Assembly: GCA_965153285.1 (NCBI GenBank)
Contig: OZ229110.1
Source of the DNA: Podarcis tiliguerta
Taxonomy: Eukaryota
DNA: 64,000 bases
Reading direction: 5' to 3' (one strand)
Shown here: positions 11,684 to 23,797 of the stretch, piece after piece
Numbering within the stretch: the first letter of the stretch is position 1
How the letters are laid out: each line of letters opens with the position of its first letter
Made by a program: the position numbers and the translations under genes
The notes under the pieces: generated by a model
Told to the model about the DNA's origin: nothing
Databases searched by the model: none
The model's input: only the letters and a program-made list of their open reading frames with translations

Positions 11684-14600
11684 CTAAGTGATCTTCCCAT
11701 CTTAAAATTTTAAACAGGTACTGCATCCCCTGGAGGCAAGACAAGGAAACATTCTGTTTTCTTAGCTTTGCCTATTAAAAAAAATCCATTCTCCCGCCAA
11801 CCAACTTCACACCTGCAAAAATATGATTCTGCTGTACTTACAATGACATCAAAGCGAGAGTAGAGGCCAACTACCCTCCCTGTAAAGAGAAAGTGAGGGA
11901 AGCATTATAAGGGACTCAGTAGAGAAAACCCTCCCATTCACCCACCTCATAATGTAGCTATCATCCATTTTTAAAAAGTATTGATATATTTAATACGTTC
12001 CAACTAAGCAAGTATTCCATATGTATTAATCAGAAAAATAATTAAGAAATACCCAATAAAAGAAAAAATCCACTAACAATAAAGTCTTGAATAGAGCTAG
12101 ACACACAGCATTATTCATTCATATTATCATATATGTGAGCACCACTTTTCCAGGCTTTTATCACATATTGAAGTTTATGAGTTAATACATAAAAAGAGGG
12201 TTCCTGATTTTATGACAGCGGGTGGAATTTACAAAAGTGACAAAATCTGGGTGATGGTGATTTAACACTATCTCTGAGATGTTACATATAGCACTATGGT
12301 TCATTGGCTCAAGCAGGGTGGGTGGGATTCATATATGGAACCCCAAAACAGTGCAGCTTGGCAAAAGCTACATCACGTGACTGCTCGGATTGTTTGATAA
12401 ATGTCACATAGGGTTTGTGGAATTTCAGGGCCCAAGAAAAAAGTAGAGGATGAATTAGAAAGCTGATAACTATGAGAGAGAGGTAAGGCTCAGCTGAAAC
12501 TGCAAACATAGCGGTGAGAAGAACAGAGGAGCCTCGCAGCAAGTACCTTTTTCATTAACAACAGGCAGTGCTGAGACCCTGCGGTCCACAAAAATCTCCA
12601 AGGCTGTGTAGACAGGGGCTGACTCCAGGACCATGGCAACGTCACGGAAGGTGCCAATGCCCAGTTCCAGGATGGTTTTCTGCAGGAATCGTGGCTTTGG
12701 AAGCATGGCTCCCTGTAGTGAGAGAAGAGGAGGTTTTTTTCCCAGTGCATTATTGGTAATGCTCCCCCTGCCCCATAATGGAAATGGTGTGCATTCACAC
12801 AATAATTTAATTAATTGCATTATTAAATTTGGCCACAGTGAACACTGAGCTGGATAACATTTTTTGCAGAAGCTGAACTGCAGCAGAATAGAAATAGAGC
12901 TGCAGACAATGAATATGGGACAACAAAGAAAATACCTTTTTACATCCCTAGTGGAGCCTAACCTCTTACTCCTTCATTCCAGCTGTAATCATGCTGTAAA
13001 TACACCTAGCTGCATTAGCTCACGTTCATCTTCCACCCTTCTCTCCCAGCTTCTACTGTTTTCCCAATTGTCTATTTTAGACGGTGAGCATCTTTAGGGA
13101 AGTGGCCAGTCTATTTTTCCCTATGCAGCTCTGCAAGGCACCATGTACCCTGTTGGCTCTGTACGATAAATAAATGATAAAAGAGAGCATCGGGCACTGG
13201 GCCAACATAGGCCCCACTGAGACCAAAAATAATCTGCCTTGCCATCATCTATGCCAAGAGGAATTTGGGACCACCAGACACTCACGAAGATATGCAGGAA
13301 CTTGAGGATACGTTTGTGGGTCAGAATGTGTAGGACGTTCCCTGAGATGGGCTCGATAACAGGCAGCCGGTGGATCTTGTGCTTAATCAAGGAATAAACA
13401 GCATCAAATAGGCTAGGAAAGGGAGAAACAAAAGGGCAATGTGACATGCCTGGAGATTGGCTCCCTGTACCCATTTACCGCTTCCACTTTGGGCATCACG
13501 CAGCACAGCTGCTCTAAATGGAGTAGGCGTTGTGAGACAGTGAGGGTTCCCCCACCCCTATTATGGACAAAGGCTCTGTGCATTCAGCTGTTCGACAGGC
13601 GGAAATCAACAAGTGAAGTGTTTTCTGGCAAGGAACTGATGAGTAAAACTTCACTCTTTTAGACCAACTGCCATGCAGTTGTTAAAAGTACAAGACTCTT
13701 TCCATCAAAGCTAGCCGCACTATTATTATGTATTCATTAAAATTCTTTCCCACCTTTCCTGCCAAAGAGGAGGGATCTGTGGGAGGAGTAAGCAAGCATC
13801 AGGAATGACTTACCTATCGTTTGGGGAGATACACACCAAGGGTTTGAAGAAACCTTGCAAATACACCTCTGGGGAGAAAGGAAAGCACCTGAATACTATA
13901 TGGAACCGTTGCCCTAGGTAAGATGGGAGAACTACTACAGGTTAAGGATGAAGCTACTTCTGTGGGGGGAGGGGAATCTGGCAAAAGAGGTCAGTTGGGT
14001 TTCCAATCTATTTAGAAGGATCATGAGTTTCTTACAATTTTGGCATATAACAGCTTGAGGTCACTATACCATATTGTTAATCGCTGCCAAGTTGAAGATG
14101 ATTTACCATAACATCAACTTTCTTCCCATGTTATGTGCACTGAAAGCATCTCAGAAATTGGGACGGTGATTCAATGTATAATACTTTTTTAAAAATAATT
14201 TTATTATTTATACCCTGCCCATCTGGCTGGGTTTCCCCACTTTGAAGAGAGAAAGGGTACTATAGCTGTTGTACTGAATCAGACCAATGATCCATTTAGC
14301 CTAGCACTGCCTGCGTCCTGATTGGCAGCCACCCTCCAGGGTTTTAGCTAGGGGCATTTCCCTACCCAAACAGGAGATGCCAGGGATTGAATCTCAGATC
14401 ATTTGCAAGCAGAGCATGTGCTCCACCACTGAACATGCAAGCATTGAGCAGATGGAGAAGGATCCTCCCTGAGCCTTGCACCTTCCCTGTGAGTCAGAGG
14501 CAGCCCACGTGGTGCCCTCCACATGTTGGATTTCACTTGCCATCATCCTTGACCATTGGGCCATGTTGGCTATGGATGAAAAGAGTTGGATCAACATCTG

Positions 14601-17600
14601 GTAGGTACCGCATTAGCTACCCCTCTTCTGGGTGGTTGTGTGGAGCAAGCTCAAAGGGAGAGAGTAAGTAGAAACACCAGGGACAGAAATGGGGCAGGAT
14701 CCAATGAGCTCACAGCAATGGGCTGCAGCACATGGAATTTCATCAGAATGCAGCAAAATAGCCTGTAGTGCAAGGAGGGTGAACCTGTGACCCTCCAGAT
14801 TGTTATTGGTCATCCTGGCAAGGGCTGATGGAGCCCATCAAAACCAGAAGTCAATGGTTTCCAATCCCTAGAGTACTGTAACCTAAACCCTTTGCCTAGG
14901 GGCTGGAGTGGCCAATGGGCCCCAACTCCCATCAGCCCTAGCCAGCATGGCCAATGGGAGGGAATTATGGGAGCTGTTGTCCTTTAGATGTTGTTGGACT
15001 AAATGCTGGCCGCGCCTTGTCTAGAGGCATGACTATCAAGTAGGAAGGGATACCAAGTTAAGAGAGGAACTGTTTAAATCAAGGCCAGAAGCAGGGAGAC
15101 AGACGTAAACACGTGCACACACACACAGAGTGCAAGTCACCTTCCACTGCTGAAAATCAATTTTAAAGATGTTCAATAGCATCCATGCATACACTACTCC
15201 CCCTAGTGGTGCCCTCCTCACCTCTCCACGTTTCAATTTTGTGTTCCTCGATCTCATATATCTGAACCTAAAAACAGCACAAAATGATACTCGTGAGCAG
15301 GGTGATGTCACCCACAAAAGGATAAGATAGTGAGAGTTGCAAGCAGTTCACACTTGTACTTTGAAGTCACAGGTCCTCTTGCTTTGCTGTCACCCCTCTG
15401 CCCCTGCCCACCCCCACCCCCCTCCATCCCTGTACATATTGGGAAGGAGATGCTGGAAGCTGGTTTACTCCAGATCTTGCAAAGGCAATTGAGCAGTCCT
15501 GGAAAACTCACCAGAGGTGATCGGTAGTAGCGATGTAGGATGTTAATAAAGTCAGTGATAGTCAACATACCTGCAGTAAGAGAGAGGGTGGGGGGAGAGG
15601 AAAAGGAAGAGAGTGGATACACACAGGTGTAGGTCTGGAGGAGCTGAAGCAACAGGCATGAAGGGCTACCTTGTGCAGGCCCCAGTTCTCAGAACAGCAG
15701 ATGGTTGAGCCTTTCCTTATTAAGGCACCTGCAGAATTCCTGCACACACCCAACCTTGCCTTCTTGACCATCCCTAGTACAGTTTGAATGGCCAGCAGTA
15801 CTATGAAATCCCAGTTCACACTTCCTTTTGCCCCAAACCTGCTGTCCTGTGTTGCCCTCCTGAACGCAGCATCACTTACCCACAAAACACTGCTGCTTGT
15901 TGTCCCAGAGAGGGGCTGCTCGCACCCCATTGGCTACCATGGCTAAGAAGGCCTTCTTTATCTGGGGACAGGAGGAAAAAAGAATAGGTGGGCCAGACTG
16001 GCAGTTGCTGTTCAATATTCCTGTCTATCTGCAGTTAGGAGTAGTCAATGTGGTGCCCTTCAGGTCCTGTTGGGCTTCAGCCCCCATCATCCTTACCATT
16101 AGTCTGAGGCTGATGGGAATTGTAGTACAACATCTGGAAGGCACCACATTGGTCAGCCCAGATCTGCAGGGTGTGGAAACAGCTGCATCCAGCCACGAAG
16201 GCTGGGCTGGGGAAAATTCAGAAGTAATCGCCCACACTGCACCCCCTTGGACTCCAACTCTATGTAGCAATTATATTCTTCTGCTAGACTAGATATTATT
16301 AAACATTGTGGTTCAATTTTAGGGGGCAACAACCTTAGGCCTATTTTTTACCAAATTATGCGGCTTGGACTTTCTTCCTAGTTTGCTCTCTTCCCACGAT
16401 TCTACCTCCACCTAAATCACAGCTCTAGGAATGTGATGACCTACAACAAATATGAGGGAAGGTAAACTTGTAGCAGCAGGAATAGCCTGATGAAACAGGT
16501 AGAATTGCTTCATCCTGAAAGTGAGCATCTATTTGTTTAATCCTTGCAGACGGATTTGAGCTCCTATATCCAGCTCTGCCAGTGTCGTAAGAAGAGTCCA
16601 AAGGCCCACCTAGTCCAGAATCCTGTTCTCAAGGAGCCATTCAGATGCATATTGAAGACCAACAGCACTCTCTCCACTTGTATTCCAAAATAGTTAGTAT
16701 TCAGAGGCCTACTGCCTCCTAAAATGGAGGGAGAACACAGTCATTGCAGCTAGTAACCACTGATAGCTTTGTGCTCTATTATTTCTACAGCTCCCCACAA
16801 CACACACACTGCCTGCCATAACAGAAAGTCAAGTACCGGTACCTGACAGATTAGGAAGGAATTTGAAAACCGCTGAGTGTAGTGTAGTTATATGGGAGGA
16901 GGGCAGACATGTACTAAAAGGGTAGGGAAACCTCCACAAACTTCAGTGTAGAATCCCTGTCAGGGGAGGTCACAATGTCAGGGGTGCAAGCGCTGTCTGA
17001 AGTTACTCCTGTCTGCACTGGCATGCAATATATTTTATTCTGCCTTCCCTACTCCTTGGAAGGAATTCAGTGTGCCTCTATGGCAACTGGCCCATTAGCT
17101 TTTCAGCTTCCCCTGAGCCAATTTCAGATAACATGTGGGAGGACATGTTGCACTAGTGTAAGTCCTCATGTCGGCTTCCACTAACAGGACTAGTTAAATG
17201 AATTCTGCCCCTTTATGTTTTTTCTTGTGTGAACAGCGTTATTCATCCTTCTGTACACCAATTTGGAATCGTACGATGAACAGTTCAGACACATTATAAA
17301 TTTGAAAAAACCAGAAGCGTTCCTCAAGTATAATTGTTTACTTTTCCCATAGAAGTGAAAAGCAAGCATTCACTTACATAAGGAAAGAAAAGGGATACCA
17401 TCAGGTTGGAACTATGCTGCTTCCAATTATTCCCAACCCTCAGTTATCTGAGCTACTCACATTCAAGCCTTTTGCACGCTCCCATCAGAATCATTCCACC
17501 CTGTATTCTATTTTGAGAACTAGCTTTTCTTGAGTGCTGATAACAATTTTATTAGAACATTGAGAGGGAGGGACAGAGCTGTTGACTTGAGCCTATTGGA

Positions 17601-20600
17601 TTACTGTCCTGTTTTTGCTGAATGTTTCAGGATTTGTAACAGGGATCGGGACTCCTCATATCAGTCCCAACAGTATCTGGATTGCCACAGGTTCCCCACC
17701 CTGATTAGTAAAGAAGTAAGCTTCCATTATCCCATTATTAAAATGGCCAGGTTTCTATCCCCTTCCTTGACCCACAACAGCTCCCACTTTCCCCCTTACC
17801 TGCAAGGTTGTGTCAAACACTACCAGTTTGGAGCTGGTGGGAATGGCATCATAACAGTGGTGGCGCCGCATGAAATGCATGTAAGTCTCAGCATCTGGTC
17901 CCAGCAAATCAGTATCAGGACCAAACCCAAGAATTTCACAGTCGAGAGAAATGATGTCACCATCGTCATCTTTGTTGCTCTCTTCTGGCTTGGTGACTTC
18001 TGATGTTGCTTTGCCATCCACAACTGTGCCTTTGCTTTGCTGACCGGCATCTTTAACATTCAGGGTGGGGGCACTGGCATTCCAGCCCTTGCACCTGCCT
18101 CTTGGCATCACATCCTCCTTGCCCCCTGGACCTGTTTGTCTCCTATCTGTCACTGTGGCCTGTGGTCCACTGTAGTTGTCAGCTGTATCCAGTTCTCTGG
18201 CCTCTGAATCTGCAGCCTTAATATCCGATTCTGTAGCAACGGCATCCCCAGCTGTTACTTTGCCATCCTGATTTGCAGTCTTGGCATCCAGCCCAACAGC
18301 TCTGGGATCCCCGTCCATGGTCCTGCCATCTGACATCACATTCATCATGCTCAACTCTGTACCTTTGCCATCTGCAGCCAGGTCCTTGGCCTCTTGCCCT
18401 ACAACCTTGGCTTCCAACGCTGATTCCTTAACATCCAGAGACAGGTTGGGGCCTAGTGGGTAAGGGGAGGCATTGCAAATCCAGACACCAAAAACTTCTT
18501 GGTAGGTGAAACATTTAAGTAATCTTGGCCCTTTTGACTGACACAACCTTCCCTCCTTCTCACTAAGCCTAAAGAAATGGTATGTTCTCACATAAACTGC
18601 AGGGACACGCATGCTGAGCTGAGCAACCCGTGACTTGCACAGAGAACCAGCCAAAAGCTGCAGCAGTCACTGACCAACCCTACCCCACCCTGCCCCACAG
18701 AGCACATCCAGTTAGTTGATTGTTTACATCCCTTGACAGGCAGCAACCCACACACTTCAGCCTAAGGTGAAGGCATTCGTTGATTTCAGACAGAGCCCAA
18801 ACTCTCTTCTGCAAATTTTACAGTAGAGGGGAAAGTGTAAAAGGGGCTAACTACTTGCTCTGAAAAAGCAGACCCGGTCAGGAGGGGGCTGTATACTGTA
18901 TTTATTCACACATTTCTGTGGCAGTTGAATAGCTTCATTATCTTTATTGAGTGCCCTCACAACAACCCTGTGAGGTAGGTCACCAATATTCCCATCTGAC
19001 AGATAGAAAATGGAGGATGGACAATACTGAGCTTATCCAAGGAATCTAAGTATGAGCCCAGATTTTGAACTCAGGCCTCACATACGGTAAGTTTTTTGTA
19101 AGATGACATTAGGATGAGTTTCACAGGTAATAGCAGAACTGGAGCCATTCTCAAAAAGGAAAGCAAAAAGTGAAATCTGGGTACAACTGAGATTTTCCAA
19201 GACTAGAATGATAGGGGAGGCAGTGGTTCGGATGGCTCGCAGCATGGCTCAAAAAGTGATGTATAATGTCCCAAAGTTAGTACACACAATCATGCCGTTA
19301 TGGATTAGCAAGTTTAGAAGACACTCAAAGCAGGCAATTAACACCCCAAACTGTTCCCTGCAACACATGTCATGAGTCAGTCTGGCTGGCAGGCAGTGAA
19401 GTCTGTACTTGAAAGCGGTCACTCCACCACCGGCAGGCAAAACCAGTGCACTACCCACCTGCTTTCTGAGGCTGGAGGCCATTGCTCAGTGGTGCTGCCT
19501 GGGAGTTAAGGAAAAATGGAGAGAGTTAAAAAGTGGCCCCTGTGGTCCACATTCAATGTGCAAAATAGTTCAGCTTTTAGGATCTGAAGAGTGAGAGCTA
19601 CAATTCTGCAGTGGACGGGGAACCTCAGACTCCACCCTAGGCCCTCAATTCCCAAAGTGCTACAAATCTAGTTCAAACAGAATGCTGGAGGGATCAAAAA
19701 ACTTAGTGCTTCACATATTTTCTGCAGGCAGGGGCCATTTCCTTCATCCTCACATGGCTGCTGTTTATTTCCTTCCTATTGTTAGAGCTTTTCAAGTTGC
19801 AGGCAGAGTTGTTTGGAGGGAATGTTAAGCATGTTGTGGGAAAGCAGATGTTTAAATCTTGGGTAGGATAACCGTATGTCCTTCTTTTTACATCATGGGA
19901 GAGAAGTTGGCTTAACCAGCTAATACCACAAGGGAATTAAGAAACAGTGACATGGTGGGAGAGGAGACCTCTAGCTCTAACAATCCCCAACAATCATACC
20001 TATGGCTCCTCCAGTTAGTACCCAAAGCTAGCATCTGTAAGGACACTGCAGTAAAGGGTCTATTGTTAATGTGGAAGGGGTAGACACAGATGATCCAATA
20101 AAGCTGATTCAGGCTGCACCCAGTCAGAGACTGTGCATGACAGACAACATACTCAACTACAATGCATGCGTACTCAGACACAGGAGGAAACATGTGTAAG
20201 AGCAGAGTACAATCAGACACAGACACATGCTGAGACATGGAACAAACTCCAGGCAGAGATTTGGTAGCCCACAATTTTCCTACCACAACTGACAGAAAGC
20301 AGAAACATGCCAGCTGACAAATATAACTAGTAATTTAATTAATTAATTAATTTAATGTGCCAGTTGCTTTATCTTGCCCAGGGCAACCCAAAGCAACTTA
20401 CAGCTAAATAAACAAACTAGACAATAAACCCCACACAGATACATTAAAACCAAGAGGGAAGAGAAATACATTAAGAACATCCCACCCACTTCTAAAAGGC
20501 CGCAGATAAGTTAAGGACCAAAGACCTGGTTTTGGAGGAAAGTTTTAATAATATTTAAAAAGGTACTTGCAAGACAGCAAGAGAGCCATATAGGAATGGG

Positions 20601-21293
20601 ATTCAGCTGCCAAGTTTCTCTCACGTCGTTTATGGCTGCACTATTTGCTTGATCGATTGATCAATTAAATACTTTGATTAAAAAGGTGTCCTCAGTTCAG
20701 CAGATTTTTAAACAAATAGCAGCGCCACACGAAAAGCATTTTTTCTGACATAAAGGGAGCCTGTTATGACGACACATGCTTGCATTCTCTAAAAACACCA
20801 CGCGCGTGCGTTTCTCCCTTTGTCTTCAGAGCTTTTGTTTTTGTTCACCCGAACACTTGCACGGATCGCATTAATGCATAAGATTTATTTAAACGGGCAG
20901 CAGACGAGTCGGAACACCGAGTTCAATTTCTAAACGCGAAATTGTTACGGGCCAAGGAATCGCACCCGAAGGTGTGGGAGAGAAAACGCAGAGGGGCAGG
21001 CAGCGCTCTGCACGTGCTGGAAAGCTCCGTTCTTGACACTGAAGGGTGTCCAATGAGCTTGGGGAGCAGGTTCCGGGGCTCAGGTAAGCCCCGCTAGCCC
21101 CACTCCCCCGGCAACCGAAAGCAGGAAGTGGTCGCGGCGTTGTTGCGCCAGGAAGTGCCCTCCGTCCGTGCTCCCCGGGCCGGCCTGGCCGGCAGAAAAG
21201 CACCCGCCGCGAAGCCCTTTCTCGGGGAGGTCTCTCCGCCGGGCTTACCTGCTCCGAGGCCGGTGCCGCCGCCGCCGCCGCCGCCCGCTCCAT
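9785..21293 (-). CDS. PRKAG3: AMP-activated protein kinase gamma-3 subunit. Exons: 21249-21293 ([18 protein letters not shown]); large exon 17800-18452 (upper boundary uncertain, frame open to 18654); 15880-15961; 15512-15570; 15222-15267; 13814-13868; 13286-13412; 12547-12712; 11842-11879; 11098-11244; 9785-9901 (TAA)
   Basis: Four CBS domains in phase-consistent exons: [28 protein letters not shown]|[20 protein letters not shown]|[20 protein letters not shown]|[15 protein letters not shown]|[18 protein letters not shown]|[43 protein letters not shown]|...[12 protein letters not shown]...[16 protein letters not shown]|[13 protein letters not shown]|[12 protein letters not shown]...IAKEQ|VHRLVLVDE...[14 protein letters not shown]. 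Gamma-3-type wording ([28 protein letters not shown]) and adjacency to TTLL4 identify the paralog. How exon 1 joins the large exon is unresolved. Confidence 0.93.
11647..11681. repeat. (CA)n microsatellite, about 17 units
   Basis: Read directly from the sequence. Confidence 0.95.
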
Positions 21294-21800
21294 GGCGAGG
21301 CAGCTGCTATTTTCGGGCACCCTGCCGGGGAGCCAGTCCGTGTCAGGAAGGCGGCGGGCCTGGCAGCAACACCCGGGTGCGCGCGGCGCCAGGAGGGGCC
21401 ACCGCCTGCCGCGCTGTGCGAAGAAGGGCCTTCCCGCCGCCTCCCGGGGGACTCAGGGCAGCGCGCGGCCGCCTCCCGAGACGGTGGAGGAGGAGCAGCA
21501 GGGCATGCCGAGAGCGGGGCTCTCCCAGGCGCCGAGGGGTGCTGGGGCGCGGGATGCGGCGAGGAAAACGGGCTCTGCTGGGGGACGGGGACGCGGCCTC
21601 TCGCTCGGGAAGCTTCGGGCGAAGCCTCTTGTTTGCCCTGGAGGGCGGGGGGTGGGGGGAGAGAGAGCGACTCGGCTCCGGCTGTAAATAAATCACGGAA
21701 TGTGCGAAGGGAGGAAGTCGGGGCACAGAAGCCTGTGCGCGGTGGGAGACGGTCTCGCGGGGTGGGAGCTGGGGCCAGGAGAGGAGATGATGGAGGCTTC
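20880..21800. promoter_or_regulatory. CpG island spanning the PRKAG3 promoter and first exon
   Basis: Very GC- and CpG-rich segment against an AT-richer background. It contains the PRKAG3 ATG exon, a (GCC)n poly-Ala run, GGAAGT ETS cores (about 21124, 21151, 21713) and a forkhead-like GTAAATA (about 21684). Confidence 0.8.
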
Positions 21801-23705
21801 CCGGGAGGAAGAAGCAATGGGGTGAAACTCCAGTGATGGGCCGAGGCCAAGAGGAGCCGTTGTAGAGGTACAGTCCCTGGTGCAATGGGAACACTATAAT
21901 CTGGCTCCTCAGGGCAGAGACTGTTCTCGCTTGCAGCGGGCTTCTTTCTTTCAGAAGGCCCCTATGCCTTTAAAAGCTGAAAGGTAGGCAGACATTCAGC
22001 TGGCGAAGTCACTCCCACCCGCAAGGAGTACTGATTGGAAAGCAATGCAACTTCCATCTGTTGCATTAAAAAAACAAACAAAAAAACCCTATTGTAGTAT
22101 CCAGGATATGATAAAAATTGTAATTTTAATGGATGAATCCTCCAGCCTTTTCCCCACCAGTCCTTCATATCCTTTTACCCACAAACTCATCCCCTTCCTA
22201 TGTTCCAGCAGCAACACAATATTCCCAGTGTTCTTTTTAAAAATGCTAGTAAACTTTGTCTTTACAAAAGCATCTGGAGAAAAGGAGCTCATATATTTCC
22301 AAAAGGGTTTGGGCAATGATAACACTTTTAAAATAGGCCACTTGTTCCTGGATGTTCACCTAGCCAACTCATTTATCTGAAGCAGTGTAGTTGCTTTGCA
22401 ACCCTCATGAATCTCTGTGGAGCAAAGCAGCTTGTGATTCAGTAGTGCTTGATAGGTATGTTACCTGAAATGGCAGGAGAAAATGTAAAAGTGTGCACAC
22501 AATTACAACTTCAGTTGGAATCGTAGAAAATGCTAGTCTAGAGTGGTACCATTACAAGATAATTCTAGACCATGTGGTGACTTGTTCCATTATTGCCTTG
22601 CAGTTGTTAAAAGCACAGGACTGCAAATTATAGTTCTCCCAATACTAGACAGATGCTGTAATTAATTGTCAGTGAGTGAGGAAGCATCCTAAATAAAATG
22701 GGATATTCTTTTGCTCAGGGCTGTCCTCAGATAAACACAGGAAGCCAATAATGTAAAATATATATACAGATCCGACACCTGCACACCGGCAACTTCACAG
22801 GCTGAGTTTCATTGATCAGTGTTGTCCATTCTGAATTACTGGGAGTAACTCTGTTTGCTATACTGCAGGTCTGGGATGTGTGTGTGATCTTGACTGTACC
22901 ATCCTACCACTTCAGAAGCTGTCAGGCTCTACTACCATAATAAGGTCAGCATTATCTGCTGCAAGGGACAGCCACCAGTAAATAGTGCCAATAGTCAGGA
23001 ATGATGGGGGTTCTAAGTCCAGAACATCTGGAAGGCACCACATTGGCTACCCCCACAGCACGTAAAGCAAGACATAACACAGGAAGCCTGGGAAAGGAAG
23101 GGAGAGAACAGGGAAATGTGACATCATCATCACATTCATTTAAAACACATTATCTCTGTGCGCACAATGTTTATCATACCTTGATTAAAATTTAGCAAGA
23201 CCAGTAGAAGCCAGATAAGACTGTTTGGATAGAAGCCAGATGTGACCCATGGGCTACAAATTGACCTTCCCTGGGATTAGCTGCAGGGATTGGAAGCACT
23301 AAAACAGACCATACCCAATCTCCGCAATTAAAAGTCCTTACAGCTTATATGTGGACTAGCATACAGCTTGGTTGCCCAATAAAGGCAGCGTGAAACAGCT
23401 TATTAGTTTATAGAGCAGCATGAAGATAGATGTTCATAGCAACGTAACTAGAGCCTGGCTGGATTAGGCCAAGAGTCCATCTAGTCAAGCATCCTGTGTT
23501 GTTGTTGTTTACAGTAGCCAGCCTCAAGCCTCTCTAGGAAAGGTACAAGCACGAGAGGAGTGCAATAGCACTTTCCTCCTGTGTGGCCCCTTGCAATTGG
23601 CTTTCAGAAGCGTTAGTACAATACACATATCTATCCTCCATGAATTTATCTAGTCCCCCTTTAAAACAATTTAAACTTACTTGAGCGGGAGAACAATTTC
23701 TGACT

Positions 23706-23797
23706 TGAATTGTAGAGTTGGAAGGGTGCTCAAGGGTCATCCAGTCCAACCCCCTGCAATGCAGGAATCTTTTGCCCAACGTGGGGCTCAAACTCAC
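23706..23797 (-). mobile_element. CR1 3' terminal fragment
   Basis: GAATTGTAGAGTTGGAAGGG...CATCCAGTCCAACCCCCTGCAATGCAGGAAT is the reverse complement of the CR1 tail at about 54880-54930. Confidence 0.7.

Noticed and set aside
20889-21894. Several overlapping 130-220 aa ORFs on both strands
   Set aside because: Stop codons are scarce in this GC-rich CpG island. The translations are low-complexity Arg/Gly/Pro/Ala; only the 45-nt PRKAG3 first exon is supported.
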